Under the pieces are notes generated by a model. It had not been told where the DNA came from. It was given only the letters and a program-made list of their open reading frames with translations, and ran no database searches. Below are positions 48,497 to 61,360 of a stretch of DNA of 64,000 bases, piece by piece. Made by a program: the position numbers and the translations under genes. Positions within the stretch are counted from its first letter, which is position 1; each line of letters begins with the position of its first letter. The stretch comes from Octopus sinensis (lineage: Eukaryota): the NCBI RefSeq assembly GCF_006345805.1, contig NC_043025.1, forward strand, positions 11,532,001 to 11,596,000, given 5' to 3'.

Positions 48497-49030
48497 GAAC
48501 TATTACTACCCATGTATTTTAATTTAACTTTAAAAAAAATAAAAAATAAAAATTAACGAACTAGTGAGTTTAGTTTAATGGCCTACCAATGTATACTATG
48601 AGTTTCTTTGCCCTAGGAGTCGGGAAGAAAATATAATGACCTGCTCATTGAAATTGAGAAAATGTGGCATCTCAAGGCGGTTACAATACCAGTGATCGTA
48701 GGAGCACTAGGAATGATCAAGAAGGGAACCGAAAATTATACGAGAAAGATCCCTGGCTTACCATCCCTGCAAGAAGTGCAAAAGATTGTCTTAACTGGTA
48801 CGTCACACGTATTGAGAAGAGCATTGTCGATGTGAGAACTATCACTACCCGTGTATTTTAATTTAACTTTATTTCTATCAAAAAAAAAAAATGAATGAAC
48901 TAGTGAGTTTAGTTTAATGTCCTACCAATGTATACTATGAGTTTCTTTGCCCTAGGAGTCGGGAAGACACTCGGCAAGAAATGGAAGCAAATTTGAAAGA
49001 AGAAGAAAAAAAAAAAAGATAATAATAATA
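48497..49030 (+). mobile_element. 3' end of an RLE-type (R4/Dong-like) LINE in a (TAA)n site, with a duplicated UTR segment in front
   Basis: 48629-48835 encodes KYNDLLIEIEKMWHLKAVTIPVIVGALG...LQEVQKIVLTGTSHVLRRALSM-stop; flanked by aataataat; clade is inferred. Confidence 0.75.
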
Positions 49031-49032
49031 AA

Positions 49033-49598
49033 TGCCCTGATGCAGTACCAGACAGCGGCTCTCATGGCTTCTGATCCTAACTGATTGGAAGTGTTATCAT
49101 GTACATTGTTTTGTCTTGGTATAAAAGATGGCCCACAGCAAATATTCTGCTCAATACCACAGATTTGCTTGTCAGTTGTTTGACCTTAACCAGATGAGCA
49201 TGTCCCTTAGTGGCTGACAATATGTGCATCTCTGATCACAAGCAGAAGTAGTGGGGGAGCATCATAGCCATGTGTTGAGAGGGGTTCTTTGGGGTTTGAA
49301 TAATTCACCTCTGGAAACATGGGTGTTTCGTTCAACATCCTTAAACAACCCTTATTCAGGGACCTTTTGAGCGGGATGGGTTACTCGATCTGAAGAAAAT
49401 TCTAACTGAGCCCCACCTGCAAGGTCATGTGCTGTTTATTTTGATATGAGATCACCATGTCACACACATATGGTTGTGATGCATGTGCCTGGTGTACCCT
49501 TATTAGACGTGTAGTCATGATGGGTATACTGGGATTCATATATTTGTACCCCAGTGTCACTTTGATGGCATGCACTGCTCTCTCACTCAATAATAATG

Positions 49599-49637
<39 letters not shown>

Positions 49638-49655
49638 GTATTAATGATGATGATG

Positions 49656-49692
<37 letters not shown>

Positions 49693-49730
49693 TAATAATA
49701 ATAATAACAATAATGGTTTCAAATTCTGGC
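49033..49730 (+). repeat. Non-coding interspersed element ending in a long (TAA)n tract
   Basis: Ends ctctctcactc followed by (AAT)n; probably a LINE 3' UTR, not confirmed. Confidence 0.55.
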
Positions 49731-49942
49731 ACAAGGCTAGCAATTTTGAGGTATGAGGGAGGTGGTTACGTTGAACCCCCAGCACACAACTGGTACTTGT
49801 TTTATCAACCCCGAAAGGATGAAAAGCAAAGCTGACCTCGGGAGAATTTGAACTCAGGATGTGAAGACAGATAAAATGTTTTTAAGCATTTTGCCCAGCA
49901 TGCTAACGATTCTGCCAGCTCCCGGCCTTTACAACAGCAGTG

Positions 49943-49974
<32 letters not shown>

Positions 49975-49983
49975 AGTGCTCAC

Positions 49984-50097
49984 CTTTAGTGATTTTCCTT
50001 TGGTCTCAATCGGCAGAGCAAAAGCTGCTACACTCCCGAACAGCGCGACTACGCCGTAGAGCGATATGGCGAGGTGAGTGGACTTACTAAGGAGGAC
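49984..50097 (-). CDS. SVOP: SVOP-like transporter exon
   Basis: tattttAG acceptor and GTGAGC donor; encodes VLLSKSTHLAISLYGVVALFGSVAAFALPIETKGKSLK with the MFS C-terminal LPIETKG motif; 114 nt. Confidence 0.95.
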
Positions 50098-50129
50098 CTA
50101 AAATAGGAGAGAGAGAGAGAGAGTTGAGT

Positions 50130-50541
50130 GTGGTGGTAGTGGTGGTGATGATGATGGTGGTGGTGGTGATGGTGGTGGTGGTGGTGACGGTGGTGGTGGT
50201 GGTGGTGGTAATGGTAGTGATGGTGGTAGTGGTGGTTGTGCTGGTGGTGGTGGTGGTGATGGTGTGTTATAGAGCTGTGAGGTGATAATGGTGGTGGTGG
50301 TGATGATGGTGGTAGTGGTGGTGGTGGTGGTGGTGGTGGTGGTGGTGATGGTGGTAGTGGTGGTGGTGGTGGTGATGGTGTGGTGGTGATGGTGGTAGTG
50401 GTGGTGATGGTGTGTCATAGAGCTGTGAGGTGATAATGGTGTTGGTGGTGGTGGCATGAGGTCATAGTGGTATAGGACGGGATAATGGTGTGGTGATGGT
50501 GGTGGTGATGATGATGGTGTGTTATAGAGCTGTGAGGTGAT
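50130..50541. repeat. (GGT)n minisatellite with gtgttatagagctgtgaggtgataat core; resumes at 56165-56770
   Basis: The same core occurs on both sides of the RTE array. Confidence 0.9.
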
Positions 50542-53500
50542 GGGTATGGCCTGGTCAGCCTGTAATGACATGCATAAGATCTGGTCATCAAATCTAAGTA
50601 GAGACTTCAAACTTGAAATCTTCAAAGCCACAGTCGAACCAATTCTACTCTATGGCTCAGAAACCTGGACATTATCAAAGAAGCTTGAGAGGCGGTTGGA
50701 TGGAACCTACACTCGCCTCCTTATGAGAGCTCAAAATCTCTCGTGGAAGAGTCATCCAACCAAAGTACAAATATATGGAAAACTACCACCAGTATCATCT
50801 CAGAGCCAGAGGTTGCAGGGTTGTTGAGATTTCAAACTTAAAATCTTCAAAGCCACAGTCGAACCAATTCTACTATATGGCTCAGAAACCTGGACATTAT
50901 CAAAGAAGCTTGAGAGGCGGTTGGATGGAACCTACACTCGCCTCCTTATGAGAGCTCAAAACTCTCGTGGAAGCGTCATCCAACCAAAGTACAAATATAT
51001 GGAAAACTACCACCAGTATCATCTCAGAGCCATAGGTTGCAGGGTTGTTGAGATTTCAAACTTAAAATCTTCAAAGCCACAGTCGAACCAATTCTACTAT
51101 ATGGCTCAGAAACCTGGACATTATCAAAGAAGCTTGAGAGGCAGTTGGATGGAACCTACACTCGCCTCCTTATGAGAGCTCAAAATCTCTCGTGGAAGAG
51201 TCATCCAACCAAAGTACAAATATATGGAAAACTACCACCAGTATCATCTCAGAGCCAGAGGTTGCAGGGTTGTTGAGATTTCAAACTTAAAATCTTCAAA
51301 GCCACAGTCGAACCAATTCTACTATATGGCTCAGAAACCTGGACATTATCAAAGAAGCTTGAGAGGCAGTTGGATGGAACCTACACTCGCCTCCTTATGA
51401 GAGCTCAAAATCTCTCGTGGAAGAGTCATCCAACCAAAGTACAAATATATGGAAAACTACCACCAGTATCATCTCAGAGCCATAGGTTGCAGTGTTGTTG
51501 AGATTTCAAACTTAAAATCTTCAAAGCCACAGTCGAACCAATTCTACTATATGGCTCAGAAACCTGGACATTATCAAAGAAGCTTGAGAGGCAGTTGGAT
51601 GGAACCTACACTCGCCTCCTTATGAGAGCTCAAAATCTCTCGTGGAAGAGTCATCCAACCAAAGTACAAATATATGGGAAACTACCACCTGTATCATCTC
51701 AGAGCCATAGGTTGCAGTGTTGTTGAGATTTCAAACTTAAAATCTTCAAAGCCACAGTCGAACCAATTCTACTATATGGCTCAGAACCTGGACATTATCA
51801 AAGAAGCTTGAGAGGCGGTGGATGGAACCTACACTCGCTTCCTTATGAGAGCTCAAAATCTCTCGTGGAAGAGTCATCCAACCAAAGTACAAATATATGG
51901 AAAACTACCACCTGTATCTTCTCAGAGCAATAAGTTGCAGTGTTGTTGAGATTTCAAACTTAAAATCTTCAAAGCCACAGTCGAACCAATTCTACTATAT
52001 GGCTCAGAAACCTGGACATTATCAAAGAAGCTTGAGAGGCAGTTGGATGGAACCTACACTCGCCTCCTTATGAGAGCTCAAAATCTCTCGTGGAAGAGTC
52101 ATCCAACCAAAGTACAAATATATGGAAAACTACCACCTGTATCTTCTCAGAGCAATAGGTTGCAGTGTTGTTGAGATTTCAAACTTAAAATCTTCAAAGC
52201 CACAGTCGAACCAATTCTACTATATGGCTCAGAAACCTGGACATTATCAAAGAAGCTTGAGAGGCGGTTGGATGGAACCTACACTCGCCTCCTTATGAGA
52301 GCTCAAAATCTCTCGTGGAAGAGTCATCCAACCAAAGTACAAATATATGGGAAACTACCACCTGTATCATCTCAGAGCCATAGGTTGCAGGGTTGTTGAG
52401 ATTTCAAACTTAAAATCTTCAAAGCCACAGTCGAACCAATTCTACTATATGGCTCAGAAACCTGGACGTTATCAAAGAAGCTTGAGAGGCAGTTGGATGG
52501 AACCTACACTCGCCTCCTTATGAGAGCTCAAAATCTCTCGTGGAAGAGTCATCCAACCAAAGTACAAATATATGGAAAACTACCACCAGTATCATCTCAG
52601 AGCCAGAGGTTGCAGGGTTGTTGAGATTTCAAACTTAAAATCTTCAAAGCCACAGTCGAACCAATTCTACTATATGGCTCAGAAACCTGGACATTATCAA
52701 AGAAGCTTGAGAGGCGTTGGATGGAACCTACACTCGCCTCCTTATGAGAGCTCAAAATCTCTCGTGGAAGAGTCATCCAACCAAAGTACAAATATATGAA
52801 AACTACCACCAGTATCATCTCAGAGCCATAGGTTGCAGTGTTGTTGAGATTTCAAACTTAAAATCTTCAAAGCCACAGTCGAACCAATTCTACTATATGG
52901 CTCAGAAACCTGGACATTATCAAAGAAGCTTGAGAGGCGTTGGATGGAACCTACACTCGCCTCCTTATGAGAGCTCAAAATCTCTCGTGGAAGAGTCATC
53001 CAACCAAAGTACAAATATATGGGAAACTACCACCTGTATCATCTCAGAGCCATAGGTTGCAGTGTTGTTGAGATTTCAAACTTAAAATCTTCAAAGCCAC
53101 AGTCGAACCAATTCTACTATATGGCTCAGAAACCTGGACATTATCAAAGAAGCTTGAGAGGCAGTTGGATGGAACCTACACTCGCTTCCTTATGAGAGCT
53201 CAAAATCTCTCGTGGAAGAGTCATCCAACCAAAGTACAAATATATGGAAAACTACCACCTGTATCTTCTCAGAGCAATAAGTTGCAGTGTTGTTGAGATT
53301 TCAAACTTAAAATCTTCAAAGCCACAGTCGAACCAATTCTACTATATGGCTCAGAAACCTGGACATTATCAAAGAAGCTTGAGAGGCAGTTGGATGGAAC
53401 CTACACTCGCCTCCTGATGAGAGCTCAAAATCTCTCGTGGAAGAGTCATCCAACAAAGTACAAATATATGGAAAACTACCACCTGTATCTTCTCAGAGCA

Positions 53501-55923
53501 ATAGGTTGCAGTGTTGTTGAGATTTCAAACTTAAAATCTTCAAAGCCACAGTCGAACCAATTCTACTATATGGCTCAGAAACCTGGACATTATCAAAGAA
53601 GCTTGAGAGGCGGTTGGATGGAACCTACACTCGCCTCCTTATGAGAGCTCAAAATCTCTCGTGGAAGAGTCATCCAACCAAAGTACAAATATATGGGAAA
53701 CTACCACCTGTATCATCTCAGAGCCATAGGTTGCAGTGTTGTTGAGATTTCAAACTTAAAATCTTCAAAGCCACAGTCGAACCAATTCTACTATATGGCT
53801 CAGAAACCTGGACATTATCAAAGAAGCTTGAGAGGCAGTTGGATGGAACCTACACTCGCCTCCTTATGAGAGCTCAAAATCTCTCGTGGAAGAGTCATCC
53901 AACCAAAGTACAAATATATGGAAAACTACCACCTGTATCATCTCAGAGCCATAGGTTGCAGTGTTGTTGAGATTTCAAACTTAAAATCTTCAAAGCCACA
54001 GTCGAACCAATTCTACTATATGGCTCAGAAACCTGGACATTATCAAAGAAGCTTGAGAGGCGGTTGGATGGAACCTACACTCGCCTCCTTATGAGAGCTC
54101 AAAATCTCTCGTGGAAGAGTCATCCAACCAAAGTACAAATATATGGAAAACTACCACCTGTATCATCTCAGAGCCATAGGTTGCAGGGTTGTTGAGATTT
54201 CAAACTTAAAATCTTCAAAGCCACAGTCGAACCAATTCTACTATATGGCTCAGAAACCTGGACATTATCAAAGAAGCTTGAGAGGCGGTTGGATGGAACC
54301 TACACTCGCCTCCTTATGAGAGCTCAAAATCTCTCGTGGAAGAGTCATCCAACCAAAGTACAAATATATGGAAAACTACCACCAGTATCATCTCAGAGCC
54401 ATAGGTTGCAGGGTTGTTGAGATTTCAAACTTAAAATCTTCAAAGCCACAGTCGAACCAATTCTACTCTATGGCTCAGAAACCTGGACATTATCAAAGAA
54501 GCTTGAGAGGCGGTTGGATGGAACCTACACTCGCCTCCTTATGAGAGCTCAAAATCTCTCGTGGAAGAGTCATCCAACCAAAGTACAAATATATGGAAAA
54601 CTACCACCTGTATCATCTCAGAGCCATAGGTTGCAGGGTTGTTGAGATTTCAAACTTAAAATCTTCAAAGCCACAGTCGAACCAATTCTACTATATGGCT
54701 CAGAAACCTGGACATTATCAAAGAAGCTTGAGAGGCAGTTGGATGGAACCTACACTCGCCTCCTTATGAGAGCTCAAAATCTCTCGTGGAAGAGTCATCC
54801 AACCAAAGTACAAATATATGGAAAACTACCACCTGTATCATCTCAGAGCCATAGGTTGCAGTGTTGTTGAGATTTCAAACTTAAAATCTTCAAAGCCACA
54901 GTCGAACCAATTCTACTATATGGCTCAGAAACCTGGACGTTATCAAAGAAGCTTGAGAGGCGGTTGGATGGAACCTACACTCACCTCCTTATGAGAGCTC
55001 AAAATCTCTCGTGGAAGCGCCATCCAACCAAAATGCAAATATATGGGAAACTACCACCAGTATCATCTCAGAGCCATAGGTTGCAGGGTTGTTGAGATTT
55101 CAAACTTAAAATCTTCAAAGCCACAGTCGAACCAATTCTACTATATGGCTCAGAAACCTGGACGTTATCAAAGAAGCTTGAGAGGCGGTTGGATGGAACT
55201 TACACTCACCTCCTTATGAGAGCTCAAAATCTCCCGTGGAAGCGTCATCCAACCAAAGTACAAATATATGGGAAACTACCACCAGTATCATCTCAGAGCC
55301 ATAGGTTGCAGGGTTGTTGAGATTTCAAACTTAAAATCTTCAAAGCCACAGTCGAACCAATTCTACTATATGGCTCAGAAACCTGGACGTTATCAAAGAA
55401 GCTTGAGAGGCGGTTGGATGGAACTTACACTCGCCTCCTTATGAGAGCTCAAAATCTCCCGTGGAAGCGTCATTCAACCAAAGTACAAATATATGGGAAA
55501 CTACCACCAGTATCATCTCAGAGCCATAGGTTGCAGTGTTGTTGAGATTTCAAACTTAAAATCTTCAAAGCCACAGTCGAACCAATTCTACTATATGGCT
55601 CAGAAACCTGGACGTTATCAAAGAAGCTTGAGAGGCGGTTGGATGGAACCTACACTCGCCTCCTTATGAGAGCTCAAAATCTCTCGTGGAAGCGTCATCC
55701 AACCAAAGTACAAATATATGGGAAACTACCACCTGTATCATCTCAGAGCCATAGGTTGCAGTGTTGTTGAGATTTCAAACTTAAAATCTTCAAAGCCACA
55801 GTCGAACCAATTCTACTATATGGCTCAGAAACCTGGACGTTATCAAAGAAGCTTGAGAGGCGGTTGGATGGAACTTACACTCGCCTCCTTATGAGAGCTC
55901 AAAATCTCTCGTGGAAGCGTCAT
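50542..55923 (+). mobile_element. ~24 tandem copies of a ~224-bp RTE ORF2 fragment plus linker, inside an SVOP intron
   Basis: Unit encodes IFKATVEPILLYGSETWTL...LDGTYTRLLMRAQNLSWK (RTE RT C-terminus); period 50826 to 51050. Confidence 0.93.
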
Positions 55924-56865
55924 GACTTGGTACTCTTAGCGCTCCACTAGCTACGGATCCAGTCACCGAATTTGATTTCAACTTCAATTCTTTTACTTCT
56001 TTCGGTCATTTGACTGCAGCCATGCTGGAGCACCGCCTCTAGTCAAACAAATTGTCTCCAGGACTTATTCTTTGCAATACAGTTCTATATTAACTACTAA
56101 GCCATATGTCCACGGGCATACGGCATAGTGGTTAAGAGCGCGGGGTACTAACTCCAAGATTCCGGTGGTGGTGGTGATGATGGTGTGTTATAGAGCTGTG
56201 AGGTGATAATGGTGGTTGTGGTGGTGGTGGTGGTGATGGTGATGATGGTGTGTTATAGAGCTGTGAGGTGATAATGGTGGTGGTGGTGGGGTGGTGGTGG
56301 TGATGATGGTGTGTTATAGAGCTGTGAGGTGATAATGGTGGTTGTGGTGGTGGTGGTGGTGTCGGTGGTGGTGGTGATGGTGGTGGTGGTGATGATGTTG
56401 TGTTATAGAGCTGTGAGGTGATAATGGTGGTTGTGGTGGTGGTGGTGGTGTCGGTGGTGGTGGTGGTGGTGATGGTGGTGATGATGATGGTGTGTTATAG
56501 AGCTGTGAGGTGATAATGGTGGTTGTGGTGGTGGTGGTGGTGTCGGTGGTGGTGGTGATGGTGGTGGTGGTGATGTTGTGTTATAGAGCTGTGAGGTGAT
56601 AATGGTGGTTGTGGTGGTGGTGGTGGTGTCGGTGGTGGTGGTGGTGGTGGTGGTGGTGATGATGTGTTATAGAGCTGTGAGGTGATAATGGTGGTTGTGG
56701 TGGTGTGGTGGTGTCGGTGGTGGTGGTGGTGATGGTGGTGATGATGGTGTGTTATAGAGCTGTGAGGTGACAATCCACTCACAAGGCAAAGTGGAACAGT
56801 AAGGCTCAGACAGTAATCAATAAATCTGCTGATGTGTTGCCACTGTGAAAAAAGGAACAACTCAC

Positions 56866-56955
56866 CTGAGCTATAAAAGGTGTGATAATGGCCCCGATAC
56901 GAGCCATAGCACTACATGCTCCCAGACCAATGGCTCGCATGGACGTTGGATAAAT
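56866..56955 (-). CDS. SVOP: SVOP-like transporter exon
   Basis: ttcAG acceptor and GTGAGT donor; encodes [30 protein letters not shown], cf. SVOP [30 protein letters not shown]; 90 nt; absent from the ORF track, read manually. Confidence 0.95.
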
Positions 56956-57984
56956 CTGAAATACGGATGATGAGAATTAATACATATTCATTTATTATAT
57001 GTTAGTACTTGAATTTATCTTACATATATATATATATGTGGAGGCGCAATGGCCCAGTGGTTAGGGCAACGGACTCATGGTCGTAGGATCGCAGTTTCGA
57101 TTCCCAGACCAGGCGTTGTGTGTGTTTATTGAGCGAAAACACCTAAAAGCTCCACGAGGCTCCGGCAGGGGCTCACCACTCTTTTTCTCACTCTTTCTTC
57201 TGTTAGCCTGCTCGCTTAGCCAGCGGGGTGGCATCATTTGAAGGCTAAAACACTGCGAAGCGCATTGTGACCAGCGATGTGTAGCAACATCTGCTGGCCT
57301 GGTCGGTCATGTGATCATGTGATATATATATATATATATAAATTACATGGCTCGCAAGACGGCCTGCTGTGCTAACCTTGGATCATAGGGTGACCTGCTG
57401 TGCTTGAGGAGACCTATTGAGTCAAGTACATCAACATCAAAATAAAAATCAAATGGAAATTGTAGTTGTGATACCCATGCTGGTGGCAAGTAAAAAGCAC
57501 CATCCGAATGTGGATGATGCCAGTGTCGCCCTGACTGGCCTCCATCCTGGTGGCACGTAAAAAGCACCAACCAATTGTGGCCTTTGCCAGCCTCCTCTGG
57601 CCCCTGTGCCAGTGGCACGTAAAAAGCACCCATTACACTCACAGAGTGATTGGTGTTAGGAAGGGCATCCAGCTGTACAAGCACTGCCAGATAGGTTGGA
57701 GCCTGGTGCATAGAAAACTGATGCCGGCAGTTTGTTCCATGCTTCAGCAACTCTCAGCGTGAAAAAATGTTTCCTAAAGTCATGGAAGGAGCTGTGCTGT
57801 TTTCTGACTTTGTAAACATGTCCACGGGTGTTAGACGGGTGGAGTTTGAAAAGGTGCTCAGAGTTATTGTTTGTACGATGGTTAATAATTTTATGGGTGT
57901 CTGCCAAGTCATCACATTGGATGATTAAATTTAAAGAAATGAAAAACAAAAGCTTTCTTTATGAGCCTCTGTCGGTTCACTTAC

Positions 57985-58066
57985 CTCTGGTGTGTAGACG
58001 TAAGCCCCCATGAAGGCTGAGGAGATGAAAGCTCTGGCCACAAACAAGAAAAATATTAACACCTCC
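57985..58066 (-). CDS. SVOP: SVOP-like transporter exon
   Basis: tctctgctccAG acceptor and GTAAGT donor; encodes EVLIFFLFVARAFISSAFMGAYVYTPE, cf. SVOP ARAFISGGFQAAYVYTPE; 82 nt. Confidence 0.95.
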
Positions 58067-58117
58067 CTGGAGCAGAGAAAATAAATAGAAACAATAATTA
58101 AAAACAAAACAAATGTA

Positions 58118-58444
58118 GCCAACCACATGGTTCCGAGTTCAGTCCCACTGCGTGGCACCTTGGGCAAGTGTCTTCTGCTATAGCCTCGAGCCGACCAAGG
58201 CCTTGTGAGTGGATATGGTAGACGGAAACTGAAAGAAGCCCGTCGTATATATATATGTATATACATAAGTGCAAGAGTGGCTGTGTGGTAAGTAGCTTGC
58301 TTATCAACCACATAGTTCTGGGTTCAGTCCCACTGCGTCGCACCTTGGGCAAGTGTCTTCTGCTATAGCCTCGAGCTGACCAAAGCCTTGCGAGTGGATA
58401 TGGTAGACGGAAACTGAAAGAAGCCCGTCGTATGTATACATATA

Positions 58445-58475
<31 letters not shown>

Positions 58476-58740
58476 GAGTGTGTGTGAGTGTATGTGTGTT
58501 AGTTGTGCGTTTGTGTGTGTGTGTGTGAGTGTGTGTGTGTGTGTGTCTGTGTTTGTCCCCCCAACATCGCTTGACAACCGCTGCTGGTGTGTTTACGTCC
58601 CCGTAACTTAGCGGTTCGGCAAACGAGGCCGACAGAATAAGTACTGGGCTTACAAAGAATAAGTCCTGGGGTCAAATTGCTCGACTAAAGGCGATGCTCC
58701 AGCATGGCTGCAGTCAAATGACTGAAACAAGTAAAAGAGA
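58118..58740 (+). mobile_element. SINE A (extra 5' half plus full copy) in an SVOP intron
   Basis: SINE A motifs. Confidence 0.88.
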
Positions 58741-58989
58741 GTAGCACCTAATTATAATTACTTATTTAATTATAATTATTAATGATTATAATTATTCATT
58801 ATGACAAAAACATGGTTGTGGTGGCTGTGGAATTGTTGGAGGTTGGTGGTGATGGAGGTGATTGTCATGGTTGTAAAGGCAGTAGCTGTGATAGTAGTGG
58901 CTGTGGTGGTGGTGGTGGTCGTGGTTGTAGTGGCAACTGACATACTGATATATATATATGTGCATATATTCTTTTATTCTTTTGATAAA

Positions 58990-59940
58990 CTTATTCTTTG
59001 TAAGCCTAGTACTTATTCTATCGGTCTCTTTTTGCCGAACCACTAAGTTACAGGGACGTAAACACACCAACATCGGTTGTCAAGTGATGTTGGGGGGACA
59101 AACACAGACACACAAACGTAAGCCTAGTAATTATTCTATCGGTGTCTTTTGCTGAACCGCTAAGTTACGGGGACGCAAACACACCAACATCGGTTGTCAA
59201 GCGATGTTGGGGGGGACAAACACAGACACACAAACGTAAGCCTAGTAATTATTCTATCGGTGTCTTTTGCCGAACCGCTAAGTTACGGGGACGCAAACAC
59301 ACCAACATCGGTTGTCAAGCGATTATGGGGGGGACAAACACAGACACACAAACGTAAGCCTAGTAATTATTCTATCGGTGTCTGTTGCCGAACCGCTAAG
59401 TTACGGGGATGTAAACACACCAACATCGGTTGTCAAGCGATGTTGGGGGGGACAAACACAGACACACAAACGTAAGCCTAGTAATTATTCTATCGGTGTC
59501 TGTTGCCGAACCGCTAAGTTACGGGGATGTAAACACACCAACATCGGTTGTCAAGCGATGTTGGGGGGGACAAACACAGACACACAAACGTAAGCCTTGT
59601 ACTTATTCTATCGGTGTCTTTTGCCAAACCGCTAAGTTACGGGGACGTAAACACACCAACATCGGTTGTCAAGCGATGTTGGGGAGGACAAACACAGACA
59701 CACAAACGTAAGCCTTGTACTTATTCTATCGGTGTCTTTTGCCAAACCGCTAAGTTACGGGGACGTAAACACACCAACATCGGTTGTCAAGTGATGTTGG
59801 GGAGGACAAACACAGACACACAAATGTAAGCCCAGTACTTATTCTATCGGTGTCTTTTGCCAAACCGCTATGTTACAGGGACGTAAACATACCAACATCA
59901 ATTGTCAAGCGATGTTGGGGAGGCCAAACACAGACTGGGG
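58990..59940 (-). repeat. 118-bp tandem array of the SINE A 3' half
   Basis: About 8 units; the ORF track repeats every 118 nt (59194, 59312, 59430...). Confidence 0.92.
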
Positions 59941-60068
59941 ACGTAAACACACCAGCATTGGTTGTCAAGGGTTTGATTTGCTTGACTAAAGGCGGTGCTC
60001 CAGCATAGCCGCAGTAAAATGACCGAAACAAGTAAAAGAGTAAAAGAATGTATAAAATAACAACTGAC

Positions 60069-60180
60069 CTTGTGGTACAGATATTGACGAAGAACATGAA
60101 AATACTAAAGATGATAAATTCCCCGCCAATTGTGAATCTTCTGCCGATTTTGTCAATGACAAGGATTGTGAGGAACAAAC
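60069..60180 (-). CDS. SVOP: SVOP-like transporter exon
   Basis: ttttcccAG acceptor and GTCAGT donor; encodes LFLTILVIDKIGRRFTIGGEFIIFSIFMFFVNICTT(R) with the MFS motif-A-like DKIGRR; 112 nt. Confidence 0.95.
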
Positions 60181-60713
60181 CTGGGAAAATATAGAAACAA
60201 TATGCTATATATGTGTACATGTGTGTGTGTTATAATAAATAATAATAATAATAATTGTGTACAGTGCTCAGGTGCACTACAACTCATCTAAAGTGTATAT
60301 ATAATCAGGTGTAGTTTCGGCGGATTTCGGAAAGCATGAGGGCCTTAAAGGATGCAGTGTCATGGCAGTCAACAACTGACACAGGCAGTTTGTTCCACGC
60401 TTCAGCAACTCTGAGCATGAAAAAATGTGTCCGAAAGTCATGGGAGCTGTTTTGTTTTCTGACTTTGTAGGCATGTCCACGTGTGTTAGACACATGAAGA
60501 TCAAAAAGGTGTTCAGTGTTGTTGTTGGTGAGGTGGTTGATAACTTTGTGGGTGTTTACCAAGTCCGTCGCCAGACGCCGGAGCTTCAGTGAATCCATGC
60601 CCAGGGAAACAAGGCGCTCAGAATATGGTAGGTGTCTGATGGAGGGTATGCGTTTGGTTGCACGTCTCTGGACAGATTCCAGGAGGTCAATGTTCTGAGC
60701 AAGATATTATGTA

Positions 60714-60767
<54 letters not shown>

Positions 60768-60819
60768 GTAAGAACCAATGGAATTTTGTAACCTATTCGA
60801 AAAAAGTGGAGAAGAAAAT

Positions 60820-61360
60820 AGTTAAGTTAAGTTAATTTTTTAGCTCAAAAAGCAAAAAGCAAGGCCATATAGGGGGACATGGAGTTATGTACAGGGTGGT
60901 GTTCATGCAAAGAGTTCAGGCCATTTGTGGTCAAGGGAGACTTTGAACCGAGCGGTCATCGGCATCTTCACTATCTCGTCTGGCAGCTTATTCCACGGAC
61001 CGCAACCCGGACGGAGAAAGCCCCTCTCCTTCGATTGAGATGAAATCGTCACAAATAGAGCTTTTCGGAATGACCCCACAGCCGACGTTCTGGAGCAGGA
61101 GTGAAGAACAGCTCTTTCGAGAGGTTACACTTTCCGCTTATGATGTTGTGAGCAAGAATGGGATCACCACGGGGTCGGCGTTTTTCTAGAGAATAATGGT
61201 CGAGCGTCTTCAGCCTGTCTTCATAAGACAAATGCTTGAGACCAAGAACCATGCGGGTAGCCAGCTTCTGGACTCTTTCAAGATGCTGTATGTCTTTGAG
61301 GAGATAAGGAGAAGAGGCTTGAATCCCATACTCCAATATGGGTCTCACCAGCGTGACAAT
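60820..61360 (-). mobile_element. CR1-like LINE family B, 3' fragment
   Basis: VTLVRPILEYG...LERVQKLATRMV...LEKRR.RGD...; tail (CTTAA)n. Confidence 0.9.
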
